Of a DNA stretch of 63,651 bases, positions 52,557 through 60,528 are shown piece by piece; the first letter of the stretch is position 1, and each line of letters starts with the position of its first letter. The notes under the pieces were generated by a model. That model had not been told where the DNA came from and did no database searches. It worked only from the letters and a program-made list of their open reading frames with translations. The stretch spans positions 1-63,651 of the forward strand of contig CAYUXM010000001.1 in NCBI GenBank assembly GCA_964448765.1. Direction: 5' to 3'. Origin of the DNA: an uncultured Rhodobacterales bacterium (GTDB lineage Bacteria > Pseudomonadota > Alphaproteobacteria > Rhodobacterales > Rhodobacteraceae). The translations under genes were made by a program, and so were the position numbers.

Positions 52557-53194
52557 GCGTGCGCGTCAAGATCTGCGGGCTGACCCGGGCCGAGGACGTG
52601 GCGGCGGTGGCCGCCGCCGGCGCGCGCTACGCGGGCTTCGTCTTCTTCCCGAAATCCCCCCGTCACCTGGACCCGGCCGCGGCGCGGGCGCTGATGCTGG
52701 CGGTGCCCGAGGGGATCGCCAAGGTCGCGCTGACGGTGAACGCGACCGATGCCGAGCTTGACGCGCTGATCGCCGATCTGCCGATCGACATTCTCCAGCT
52801 TCACGGCCGCGAAAGCCCCGACCGGGTGGCGGCGGTGCGCGCGCGCTCCGGCCTGCCGGTGATGAAGGCGGTGGGCATCGCGACCGAGGCCGATCTGCCG
52901 GCGCTGGAGGACCAGGGCCGCGCCGCCGACATGCTGCTGGTCGATGCCAAGCCGGCGCCCGGCGCGGCGCTGCCGGGCGGCAACGGGCTGGCCTTCGACT
53001 GGCGGCTGATCGCCGGGCGGCGCTGGCCGGTGCCGTGGATGCTGGCGGGCGGGCTGACGCCGGACAACGTGGCCGAGGCGGTGCGGCTGACCGGGGCGCG
53101 GCAGGTCGATGTCTCGTCGGGCGTGGAGGCCGCGCCGGGGGTGAAGGACGCCGCGCGGATCGCCGATTTCGTGCGCGCGGCGCAGGCGGTCTGA
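52553..53194 (+). CDS. trpF: Phosphoribosylanthranilate isomerase
   Basis: [11 protein letters not shown]...[11 protein letters not shown]...LQLHG...LAGGL.PDNV. The GTG at 52553 overlaps the lapA-like stop (GTGA). Confidence 0.9.
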   Translation: MSVRVKICGLTRAEDVAAVAAAGARYAGFVFFPKSPRHLDPAAARALMLAVPEGIAKVALTVNATDAELDALIADLPIDILQLHGRESPDRVAAVRARSGLPVMKAVGIATEADLPALEDQGRAADMLLVDAKPAPGAALPGGNGLAFDWRLIAGRRWPVPWMLAGGLTPDNVAEAVRLTGARQVDVSSGVEAAPGVKDAARIADFVRAAQAV

Positions 53195-53292
53195 CCGGGC
53201 CGGTGCGACCACTGGGCGCGGAAGATCGCGCCCGCTTTACCGCGCCCCGCCGCGGCGCTAGGTAGCTGCAAGATCGAACAGCGGAGGGACGC

Positions 53293-54525
53293 ATGGCCGA
53301 GGATCTGGTGAACAGCTTCATGACCGGGCCGGACGAGAACGGCCGTTTCGGCATCTTCGGCGGGCGCTTCGTGTCGGAAACGCTGATGCCGCTGATCCTC
53401 GACCTCGAGGCGGAATACGAGAAGGCCAAGACCGACGCGGGCTTCTGGGCCGAGATGGACGATCTGTGGAAGCACTATGTCGGCCGGCCCAGCCCGCTCT
53501 ACTTCGCGCCGCGGCTGACCGAGCATCTGGGCGGCGCCAAGGTCTACATGAAGCGCGACGAGCTGAACCACACCGGCGCGCACAAGATCAACAACGTGCT
53601 GGGCCAGATCCTGCTGGCCCGCCGGATGGGCAAGGAACGGATCATCGCCGAAACCGGCGCCGGCCAGCATGGGGTGGCCACCGCGACCGTCTGCGCCAAG
53701 TTCGGGCTGAAATGCGTGGTCTACATGGGCGCGCATGATGTCGAACGGCAGGCGCCGAACGTGTTCCGCATGCGGCTTCTGGGCGCCGAGGTGGTGCCGG
53801 TGACCTCCGGCCGCGGCACGCTGAAGGACGCGATGAACGACGCGCTGCGCGACTGGGTGACCAATGTGCGCGACACGTTCTACTGCATCGGCACCGTCGC
53901 GGGCCCGCATCCCTACCCGGCGATGGTGCGCGATTTCCAGTCCATCATCGGCAAGGAAGTGCGCTGGCAACTGGCCGAGCAGGAGGGCGAGGGCCGGCTG
54001 CCCGACACCGTGATCGCCGCGATCGGCGGCGGATCGAACGCGATGGGGCTGTTCTACCCGTTCCTCGACGATCCGTCCGTGGGAATCATCGGGGTGGAGG
54101 CCGGCGGCAAGGGTGTGGATGACCGGATGGAGCATTGCGCCAGCCTCACCGGCGGACGGCCCGGCGTTCTGCACGGCAACCGCACCTACCTGTTGCAGGA
54201 CGAGGACGGCCAGATCCTCGAAGGCTTCTCGATCTCCGCCGGGCTCGACTATCCGGGCATCGGGCCGGAGCATTCCTGGCTGCACGACACCGGCCGCGCG
54301 CAATACGTGTCGATCACCGATGACGAGGCGCTGGAGGCGTTCCAGCTGAGTTGCAGGCTGGAGGGCATCATCCCGGCGCTGGAGCCCAGCCATGCGCTGG
54401 CCCATGTGACGAAGATCGCCCCGGACCTGCCGAAGGACCATATCATCGTCATGAACATGTGCGGCCGCGGCGACAAGGATATCTTCACGGTCGCCCGGCA
54501 CCTCGGCTTCGACATGGGCGGCTGA
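53293..54525 (+). CDS. trpB: Tryptophan synthase beta chain
   Basis: [17 protein letters not shown]...[15 protein letters not shown]...GGGSNAMG. Confidence 0.97.
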   Translation: MAEDLVNSFMTGPDENGRFGIFGGRFVSETLMPLILDLEAEYEKAKTDAGFWAEMDDLWKHYVGRPSPLYFAPRLTEHLGGAKVYMKRDELNHTGAHKINNVLGQILLARRMGKERIIAETGAGQHGVATATVCAKFGLKCVVYMGAHDVERQAPNVFRMRLLGAEVVPVTSGRGTLKDAMNDALRDWVTNVRDTFYCIGTVAGPHPYPAMVRDFQSIIGKEVRWQLAEQEGEGRLPDTVIAAIGGGSNAMGLFYPFLDDPSVGIIGVEAGGKGVDDRMEHCASLTGGRPGVLHGNRTYLLQDEDGQILEGFSISAGLDYPGIGPEHSWLHDTGRAQYVSITDDEALEAFQLSCRLEGIIPALEPSHALAHVTKIAPDLPKDHIIVMNMCGRGDKDIFTVARHLGFDMGG

Positions 54526-54540
54526 GCGCCGGTTTCCGGG

Positions 54541-54581
54541 CCATAAACCCCGGTTTATGGGCAGGGTCCGATGGTTTATGG
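54541..54581. promoter_or_regulatory. GTTTATGG motif cluster: perfect inverted repeat plus a third direct copy
   Basis: CCATAAAC-CCCG-GTTTATGG (54541-54560), then 12 nt, then GGTTTATGG (54573-54581). It is AT-rich relative to its surroundings and lies between the trpB stop and the first PepSY-like gene. Confidence 0.4.
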
Positions 54582-54698
54582 ACCGCCGCCTAACCCTGGG
54601 GTCAATGGACCGGAGCGGGTCGGCGGCGTCCCTTTGCGGCGTCCGGCACCACCAAGACGCGGTGGCGGACCTGTGTATGCAAAGGAAAGGACAGATCC

Positions 54699-55535
54699 AT
54701 GACCCCCCGTATCTTCCAGCTTTCGGCGGTTGCCGCCCTTCTCGGCTCCGCCGCGCTGGCCGGCCCGTTCGAGGACCGGATCGTGGAGAACCTGCAAGAC
54801 CTCGGTTACGACTATATCGAGGTGAAGACCGGCCCGAGCCAGGTGAAGGCCGAGGCCGTGCGCGGCGCCCGCAAGCTCGAGGTCGTCTACGACCGCTCGA
54901 CCGGCCGGATCATCAGGCGCGAGGAGGAACGCGCGGGGGCCGAGTATCGCGGCCGCACCGGCGTGGAATTCGATGTCGAGAGCGACGACTTCCTCGACGA
55001 CGTGCCGCGGGCATCCAGCGCCCCGTCGGGGTCTGTGGCCGGTGCGCCGGGCGCGTTCGAAAGCCAGATCGTGGACGACCTGCAGGGCATGGGCTACGAG
55101 TATATCGAGATCGAGACCGGCCCGGGCCAGGTGAAGGCCGAGGCCGTGCGCGGCGACCGCAAGCTCGAACTGGTGTTCGACCGGGCCACCGGCCGGGTGA
55201 TCAAGCGCGAGGAGGAACGCGCGGAGGCCGAGTATCTGGGCCGCACCGGTGTCGAGTTCGATACCGACGACGAGGATTTTCTCGATGACGACGACCGCGA
55301 TGACGACGATGATCGCTACGATGACGACGATCGCGACGATGATCGCGACGATGACGACGATCGTGACGACGACCGGGATGACGATCGCGACGATGATCGC
55401 GATGATGACCGGGACGACGATCGCGACGACGACGACGATGATGATGACCGCGATGACGACCGCGACGACGACGATGACGATGACCGCGATGACGACCGTG
55501 ACGACGACGATGACGACGACGACGACGATGACTGA
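54699..55535 (+). CDS. Secreted protein with two tandem PepSY-like modules and an Asp/Arg-only C-terminal tail
   Basis: Signal peptide MTPRIFQLSAVAALLGSAALAG. Two 80-aa modules (GPFEDRIVENLQDLGYDYIEVKTGPSQVKAEAVRGARKLEVVYDRSTGRII... and GAFESQIVDDLQGMGYEYIEIETGPGQVKAEAVRGDRKLELVFDRATGRVI...). The 83-residue tail contains only D, R and one Y. AAGGAAAGGA RBS. Confidence 0.8.
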   Translation: MTPRIFQLSAVAALLGSAALAGPFEDRIVENLQDLGYDYIEVKTGPSQVKAEAVRGARKLEVVYDRSTGRIIRREEERAGAEYRGRTGVEFDVESDDFLDDVPRASSAPSGSVAGAPGAFESQIVDDLQGMGYEYIEIETGPGQVKAEAVRGDRKLELVFDRATGRVIKREEERAEAEYLGRTGVEFDTDDEDFLDDDDRDDDDDRYDDDDRDDDRDDDDDRDDDRDDDRDDDRDDDRDDDRDDDDDDDDRDDDRDDDDDDDRDDDRDDDDDDDDDDD

Positions 55536-55570
55536 GGGCAGCCATGCCCTTGTCGGCCCGCTGGCCGTGA

Positions 55571-55594
55571 CCCCGCCGCAGGATTGCGGCGGGG
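55571..55594 (+). other. Perfect 10-bp stem / 4-nt loop hairpin between the two PepSY-like genes
   Basis: CCCCGCCGCA-GGAT-TGCGGCGGGG, 36 nt after the stop at 55535 and 20 nt before the next ATG. No U-tract follows. Confidence 0.5.
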
Positions 55595-55613
55595 CTTGCC
55601 CCGGAGGACTGTC

Positions 55614-56171
55614 ATGACCGCCCGCCGCAGCCTGCTGTTCGGCCTGGCCGCGCTCGTCGCCCTGCCCGGCGCGGCCCTTGCGCAGGACCGCGGGATCCAG
55701 GACCGGATCATCGAGGCGCTGAAGGATCAGGGCTACGCGCGGATCCAGATCGGCCGCACCTTCCTCGGCCGTGGCCGGATCGAGGCCGAAGGCCCGCCCG
55801 GCGAGCGCGAGATCATCTTCAACCCGCGCACCGGCGAGATCCTGCGCGACGTCTGGCGCGACGGCGGCGACGGCGGCGGCGGGCGCGACGAGGACCGGGT
55901 GCTCGACCGCGATGATTACGACGAGGAGGACGACCGGGACGACGATGACCGGGACGATGCTGACGACGACGACCGCGATGATCGCGACGATGATCGCGAC
56001 GACGACAGGGATGACGACCGCGACGATGACGACCGCGACGACGATGACGACCGCGATGACGATGATCGCGATGACGACGATGATCGCGACGACGACCGCG
56101 ACGACGACGACCGGGATGACGACGACCGGGATGACGATCGCGACGACGATGACGACGATGACGATGACTGA
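55614..56171 (+). CDS. Secreted protein with a single PepSY-like module and an Asp/Arg-rich tail (paralog)
   Basis: Signal peptide MTARRSLLFGLAALVALPGAALAQ. Module is IIEALKDQGYARIQIGRTFLGRGRIEAEGPPGEREIIFNPRTGEILRD. Tail is DDRDDDDRDDADDDDRDDRDDDRDDD...DDDDDDDDD. GGAGGA RBS. Confidence 0.8.
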   Translation: MTARRSLLFGLAALVALPGAALAQDRGIQDRIIEALKDQGYARIQIGRTFLGRGRIEAEGPPGEREIIFNPRTGEILRDVWRDGGDGGGGRDEDRVLDRDDYDEEDDRDDDDRDDADDDDRDDRDDDRDDDRDDDRDDDDRDDDDDRDDDDRDDDDDRDDDRDDDDRDDDDRDDDRDDDDDDDDD

Positions 56172-56230
56172 ACCGGGCCGAGACACCGACGGCGCCGATC
56201 CGTCATTCGGGCCATGCAGTTAGCGGGCGC

Positions 56231-56779
56231 GTGAAGGGGTCCGCCACGATCACGCTGATCCTTGTCGTGCAGGCGGCCTGCGCGGTGTTCTTCGTCTATG
56301 ACATCCTGTCCAGCGTGATCGGTTTCGGAACCACGCCGATGTCCTGGCAGTTGCGCGAGTTGCTGGAAATCGGCGCGGCGCTGGGCCTCGTGCTGGGCAT
56401 CGTGCTGGGCGCGATGGCGCTCAGGCGCACGATGGAGGCGCGCCGGCGTGCCGAGCGGCAGTTGCGCGCGGCCTCGGCGGCCTTCATGGAGGTGCTGGAG
56501 GAACGGTTCGCGGACTGGGGGCTGACCCCGGCCGAGCGCGACGTGGCGTTGTTCGCGATCAAGGGCATGTCCACCGCCGAGATCGCGCAGTTGCGGGCGA
56601 CCTCGGAAGGCACGGTGAAGGCGCAGACCAACGCGATCTACCGCAAGGCGGGTGTCAGCGGACGGCCGCAGCTGCTGTCGCTGTTCATCGACGACCTGAT
56701 GCAGCCCGGCCCCGTGCCCGATGCCGGCGGCCCGGCAGCGACGCCGGGCGCAGCGCCGGTGACAAGCCGCCGGGCCTGA
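56231..56779 (+). CDS. Membrane-anchored LuxR/GerE-type HTH transcriptional regulator
   Basis: Two N-terminal TM helices (ITLILVVQAACAVFFVYDIL, LLEIGAALGLVLGIVLGAMAL). C-terminal domain is LTPAERDVALFAIKGMSTAEIAQLRATSEGTVKAQTNAIYRKAGV. GTG start. Confidence 0.8.
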   Translation: MKGSATITLILVVQAACAVFFVYDILSSVIGFGTTPMSWQLRELLEIGAALGLVLGIVLGAMALRRTMEARRRAERQLRAASAAFMEVLEERFADWGLTPAERDVALFAIKGMSTAEIAQLRATSEGTVKAQTNAIYRKAGVSGRPQLLSLFIDDLMQPGPVPDAGGPAATPGAAPVTSRRA

Positions 56780-56781
56780 CC

Positions 56782-57156
56782 TCAGCTCGACACCGCCTGG
56801 GTGTGCAGCACCTCGAAGGGCACGATGTCCAGCGCGCCCCGATGCGTGGCCTCCAGCACCACGCGCGGCGCGCAGCCTTCCTCGTGCGCCTGCAGGAACC
56901 GCGCCGCGCACAGGCACCAGCGGTCGCCGGGCCGCAGGCCGGGGAACTGGAACTCCGGCCGCGGTGTCGACAGGTCGTTGCCGACGTATTTCGAGAACGC
57001 AAGGAACTCCGCCGTCATGATCGCGCAGACGGTGTGGCTGCCGTGATCCTCCGCGCAGGTGTTGCAATGCCCGTCCCGGAAGAAACCGGTCCTCGGTTCC
57101 GCCGAACAGGGTTCCAGCGGGGTGCCGAGAACGTTGACCGCCGGGTCCATCTGCAT
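56782..57156 (-). CDS. DUF2237 family protein
   Basis: NVLGTPLEPCS..PRTGFFRDGHCNTCAEDHGSHTVCA.MT.EFL. The ATG overlaps the upstream stop by 1 nt (TGATG). Confidence 0.8.
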   Translation of the reverse strand: MQMDPAVNVLGTPLEPCSAEPRTGFFRDGHCNTCAEDHGSHTVCAIMTAEFLAFSKYVGNDLSTPRPEFQFPGLRPGDRWCLCAARFLQAHEEGCAPRVVLEATHRGALDIVPFEVLHTQAVSS

Positions 57157-57398
57157 CACAGCCGTCCGTGTGTGCCGTCGCATAGCGGCGCGCGGGCGGA
57201 ATGCTTGCAGCCGCAGAAGAACAGCTTGCCGGTCTTCTCCGCCTGATATTTCACGGGGTTGAACGATGTGCCCTTGTGCGATCCGTCGCAGAACGGCTGG
57301 TTGCCGGAGCGCCCGCAGGCGCACCAGAAATAGGTCTTGCCCTCCGTCACCTCGACCGGGAAGGGCGCGTCTTGCGCGATTGTCGGTTTGTCTGTCAT
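57156..57398 (-). CDS. CDGSH-type iron-sulfur domain protein (two CDGSH motifs)
   Basis: CACGRSGNQPFCDGSH and CGCKHSARAPLCDGTH. GGGAGGA RBS. Confidence 0.9.
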   Translation of the reverse strand: MTDKPTIAQDAPFPVEVTEGKTYFWCACGRSGNQPFCDGSHKGTSFNPVKYQAEKTGKLFFCGCKHSARAPLCDGTHGRL

Positions 57399-57415
57399 GC
57401 CGTCCTCCCTGCGTC

Positions 57416-58492
57416 TCAGGGTAGGGTGAGATCGGCCGCGGGCAAGGGCGGCACTGTCCATTTCACGTGACGGCCGTGAAAGTCCGTGCGTCCCAGCGAC
57501 GTGACAGTTCCGCCGGGCCAGGTCGTGAGGGTCAGGGCCGCGCTGCCGGGGGTTGAATCGGCTTCCATCGCCAGACGGGCGAGCGGCGCGGCCCGTGTCG
57601 CCCGCGCGCCGGCGGCGTTCAGCGCGGCGGCGCAGTGCGTCCGGGTCGCCCTTGGGAAATACTGCCAGGCCACGGTGTGACAGACCAGGTGCAGGCGCCC
57701 CGGCATCGGCTCGGCCAGCCGCGCCTCCAGCCAGTCGGCGGCATCGCCGCGGTCGGGCCGGAGGCCAAGCCGCGCGGCCTCGGCCGCCGCGCGCCGCGTC
57801 CGGTCGAGCCGCGCGGGCTGGTCGGGCCAGAGAAAGGCCAGCAGCCGCGGCAGGTCGACGGCCGGATCGAGCGGGTTCAGGTCCACCCCGGCGCGGCCGG
57901 CGATCCGGGGGGTGGCGACGGGCGGCAGTGGTCCTTCCCAGCCCGGCGCGAGGCTTAGGACGGCATCGGCCGGGCCAAGGCGGCGACCGGGCAGGTCCAG
58001 CGCGTAGCGATCCCAGATCAGGTTGAGCCCGGCGCTGGCGCCAAGCTCCGACAACACCAGCGGCAGGCCGAACCGCGCCGCCAGCCAGTGCCCCGCGGCG
58101 ATCAGGACGGCGGAGCGCCCGGTTTCGTTGGTTTGCGGCGCGTGGTCGAGCCAGCGGTCGATCCGGGTGGCGTGGCGCCGCATCGCGCCGGCCAGCGCCT
58201 GCCAGAGCGCCGCGTCGTCGATCGCGTCGCGATCGGCATAGGCGCGGGCGAGCGCCGGGTCTGCGCCGTCCAGCGCCAGCGCATGCAGCGCCCCGGCCAG
58301 CCGCAGCGGCACCGCGTCGCCGGTGGCGGTGATGTCGCCGGGCCAGGCCAGCAGGCGGTCGGCCAGCGGCAGGTCGGCGGTCAGCCGATCCCCGATCAGG
58401 CGCAGCAGCCTTTCCATGAAGGGCGAGCCCAGCCGCCCGCAGGCCCGGGCCTGTGCCGCGCAGGCCGCGGCGAAGCGGCCCGCGCCGGTCAC
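57416..58492 (-). CDS. DUF2332 family protein
   Basis: [21 protein letters not shown]...[15 protein letters not shown]...FLWPDQ..R. The GTG at 58492 overlaps the pth stop (GTGA). Confidence 0.7.
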   Translation of the reverse strand: MTGAGRFAAACAAQARACGRLGSPFMERLLRLIGDRLTADLPLADRLLAWPGDITATGDAVPLRLAGALHALALDGADPALARAYADRDAIDDAALWQALAGAMRRHATRIDRWLDHAPQTNETGRSAVLIAAGHWLAARFGLPLVLSELGASAGLNLIWDRYALDLPGRRLGPADAVLSLAPGWEGPLPPVATPRIAGRAGVDLNPLDPAVDLPRLLAFLWPDQPARLDRTRRAAAEAARLGLRPDRGDAADWLEARLAEPMPGRLHLVCHTVAWQYFPRATRTHCAAALNAAGARATRAAPLARLAMEADSTPGSAALTLTTWPGGTVTSLGRTDFHGRHVKWTVPPLPAADLTLP

Positions 58493-59274
58493 CGGAACCG
58501 GTCCACCAGCCGTTGCAACGGGCTGCGCGGTTCGGCCGCCGGGTCCGGCTTCGTGGCGGGCGCCGGATCGGCCTTGCCCGCGCCATCACTGTCCGCGTCG
58601 GCCGACGTCGCGCCGCCCTGTTCCGCGCCCGTCTTGCCCGTGCCCGTCTTGCCCGTGCCCGTCTTGCGCGTGCCCGTCTTGCCCGTTCCGGTCGAGGACC
58701 GCGGCGGCGCCGTCCTCAGCGCCACGGCATTGAGAAACTTCGCCGGATCGCCCGCGGCCAGTGCCGGGGCGCCATCGGAAATCCCGCGCAGCAGGTCGTC
58801 GAGCCAGTCGGCATCGGCCTTCGCGAAATCCGACAGCACGTAGCCCGATACCCGGTCCTTGTGGCCCGGATGGCCGATCCCCAGCCGGACCCGCGCATAG
58901 GCATCGGTGCCAAGGTGCTGGTGGATCGAGCGCAGCCCGTTGTGCCCGGCATGGCCGCCGCCCTGCTTTTGGCGCAGCTTGCCCGGCGCGAGGTCCAGCT
59001 CGTCATGGAACACCGTGACATCGGCGGGCGTCAGCTTGAAGAACCGCAGCGCCTTGCCGACCGACTGGCCCGAGAGGTTCATGAAGGTCTGCGGCTTGAG
59101 CAGGATCACCTTCTCGCCGCCGAGGTTGCCCTCGCTCACCGCGGCCTGGAATTTCGACCGCCAGGGCGAAAAGCCGTGATCCGCCGCGATCCGGTCGAGC
59201 GCCATGAAGCCGATGTTGTGCCGGTTCTGCGCGTATTTCGCGCCCGGGTTGCCAAGGCCCACGAAAAGCCGCAT
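58489..59274 (-). CDS. pth: Peptidyl-tRNA hydrolase with a roughly 70-aa low-complexity C-terminal extension
   Basis: [27 protein letters not shown]...[22 protein letters not shown]. Extension is [26 protein letters not shown]... Confidence 0.93.
   Translation of the reverse strand: MRLFVGLGNPGAKYAQNRHNIGFMALDRIAADHGFSPWRSKFQAAVSEGNLGGEKVILLKPQTFMNLSGQSVGKALRFFKLTPADVTVFHDELDLAPGKLRQKQGGGHAGHNGLRSIHQHLGTDAYARVRLGIGHPGHKDRVSGYVLSDFAKADADWLDDLLRGISDGAPALAAGDPAKFLNAVALRTAPPRSSTGTGKTGTRKTGTGKTGTGKTGAEQGGATSADADSDGAGKADPAPATKPDPAAEPRSPLQRLVDRFR
58627..58686 (-). repeat. Four tandem 15-bp repeats inside the pth 3' extension
   Basis: Plus-strand unit GCCCGTCTTGCCCGT x4 (one unit has C>G). Encodes (TGKTG)n on the minus strand. 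Confidence 0.85.
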
Positions 59275-59363
59275 GGGCGTTCCCCCTTTCCGGTTCGTTT
59301 GCGCTTGACCCCGCCGCGCCGCGCCGCACCCTTGGGGCGAACCGAGCGACCGGAGGGCATGCG

Positions 59364-59684
59364 ATGTATCTGACGATGAACCGCTTCAAGGTCAAGCTGG
59401 GGCAGGAGGATGCGTTCGAGGCGGTGTGGACCGGCCGCGACAGCCAGTTGAAGGCGGTGCCGGGCTTCGTGGCCTTTCACCTGATGAAGGGGCCGGAGCG
59501 GGACGATCACCGGCTTTATGCCTCGCATACCCTTTGGCAGAGCGAGGCGGCGTTCACCGACTGGACCCGGTCGGAGGCGTTCCGCGCCGCCCATCGCGGC
59601 GCCGGGGCGCATGCCGATATCTACCTCGGCCCGCCGGACCTGGAGGTGTTCGAGGCGGTTCAGGTGATCATGCCCGAGGGCTGA
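59364..59684 (+). CDS. Antibiotic-biosynthesis-monooxygenase (ABM) fold protein
   Basis: [20 protein letters not shown]...........[13 protein letters not shown]...[16 protein letters not shown]. Confidence 0.8.
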   Translation: MYLTMNRFKVKLGQEDAFEAVWTGRDSQLKAVPGFVAFHLMKGPERDDHRLYASHTLWQSEAAFTDWTRSEAFRAAHRGAGAHADIYLGPPDLEVFEAVQVIMPEG

Positions 59685-59742
59685 AACGGAAAACGGCGCG
59701 CGGGGCCCCGCGCGCCGTGCCGTCCGTCGCCGTGTCGCGGGC

Positions 59743-60369
59743 TCAGGCCTGGGCCTCGCCCTCGGCCTCGTCCTCGGCCGGTTCGTCGCCGCCGATGAAG
59801 CCGGCCGGCGCCGAGATGTTGGCGATCACGAAGTTCCGGTCGATCGTGGGCTTCGCGCCCTGCGGCAGATCGACGTCGCCGATATGGATCACGTCGCCGA
59901 TCTGCTTGCCGGCGAGGTCCACGGTGATCGATTCCGGGATGTCGCCGGCGGTGACCTCAAGCTCCACCTCCGGGCGCACGATCGTCATCACGCCGCCGCG
60001 CTTCAGGCCGGGGGCCTTGTCGTGGTTGATGAAGTCGACATGGATGTAAAGGTTGATCCGGCTGGTGCGGCGCAGGCGCATCAGGTCCAGATGCGTCGGC
60101 AGATCCTTGACGATGTCGCGCTGAACGTTGCGGCAGATCACCCGCACGTCCTCCTCGCCCTCGACCTTGAGGTTGTAGAGCGTGGACAGGAACCGGCCCT
60201 GCTTGAGCCGCTTCAGCAGCATGTTGAAATTGACGTTGATCGGAAGCGGATCCTTGCCGCCGCCGTAGACGATGCCGGGTACGTAGCCCTTTCTGCGGGC
60301 TTGACGGGCGGCCCCCTTGCCTGTCCCCGTCCGCACCTCGGCGACAAGATCGGGGATCTCACCAGCCAT
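59743..60369 (-). CDS. rplY: 50S ribosomal protein L25 / general stress protein Ctc
   Basis: [29 protein letters not shown]...[12 protein letters not shown]. Acidic C-terminus. Confidence 0.93.
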   Translation of the reverse strand: MAGEIPDLVAEVRTGTGKGAARQARRKGYVPGIVYGGGKDPLPINVNFNMLLKRLKQGRFLSTLYNLKVEGEEDVRVICRNVQRDIVKDLPTHLDLMRLRRTSRINLYIHVDFINHDKAPGLKRGGVMTIVRPEVELEVTAGDIPESITVDLAGKQIGDVIHIGDVDLPQGAKPTIDRNFVIANISAPAGFIGGDEPAEDEAEGEAQA

Positions 60370-60528
60370 AGGTCTCTCCATTGATGAAGCCGGGCATCCT
60401 CCAAGGGTGCATGCCCGCGCGAAGCGCTCCTTTAGCGCGGTTCGCCGGGCAAGGGAAGCCCAAAGATCGGCCTTGCCGGGACGCGCCGCGCGGGCGTAGC
60501 TAGCCCGGGCACGGGACGGGGCCAGGGC

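Noticed and set aside
55284-56171. Periodic repeats that might suggest a CRISPR array or microsatellite
   Set aside because: The period is 3/12 nt, with no spacer-repeat architecture, and the tracts lie entirely inside two ORFs with clear N-terminal domains. This is coding low-complexity sequence, not CRISPR.
54576-57067. Minus-strand ORFs 54576..56186 (poly-Val/Ile), 55316..55711 and 55916..57067 (poly-Ser/Arg), and plus-strand off-frame ORFs 55249..55617 and 55771..56223 (Thr/Met-rich)
   Set aside because: They are alternative-frame readings of the GAY/CGN tracts. The plus-strand frame chosen has signal peptides, RBSs and PepSY-like modules, and these others do not.
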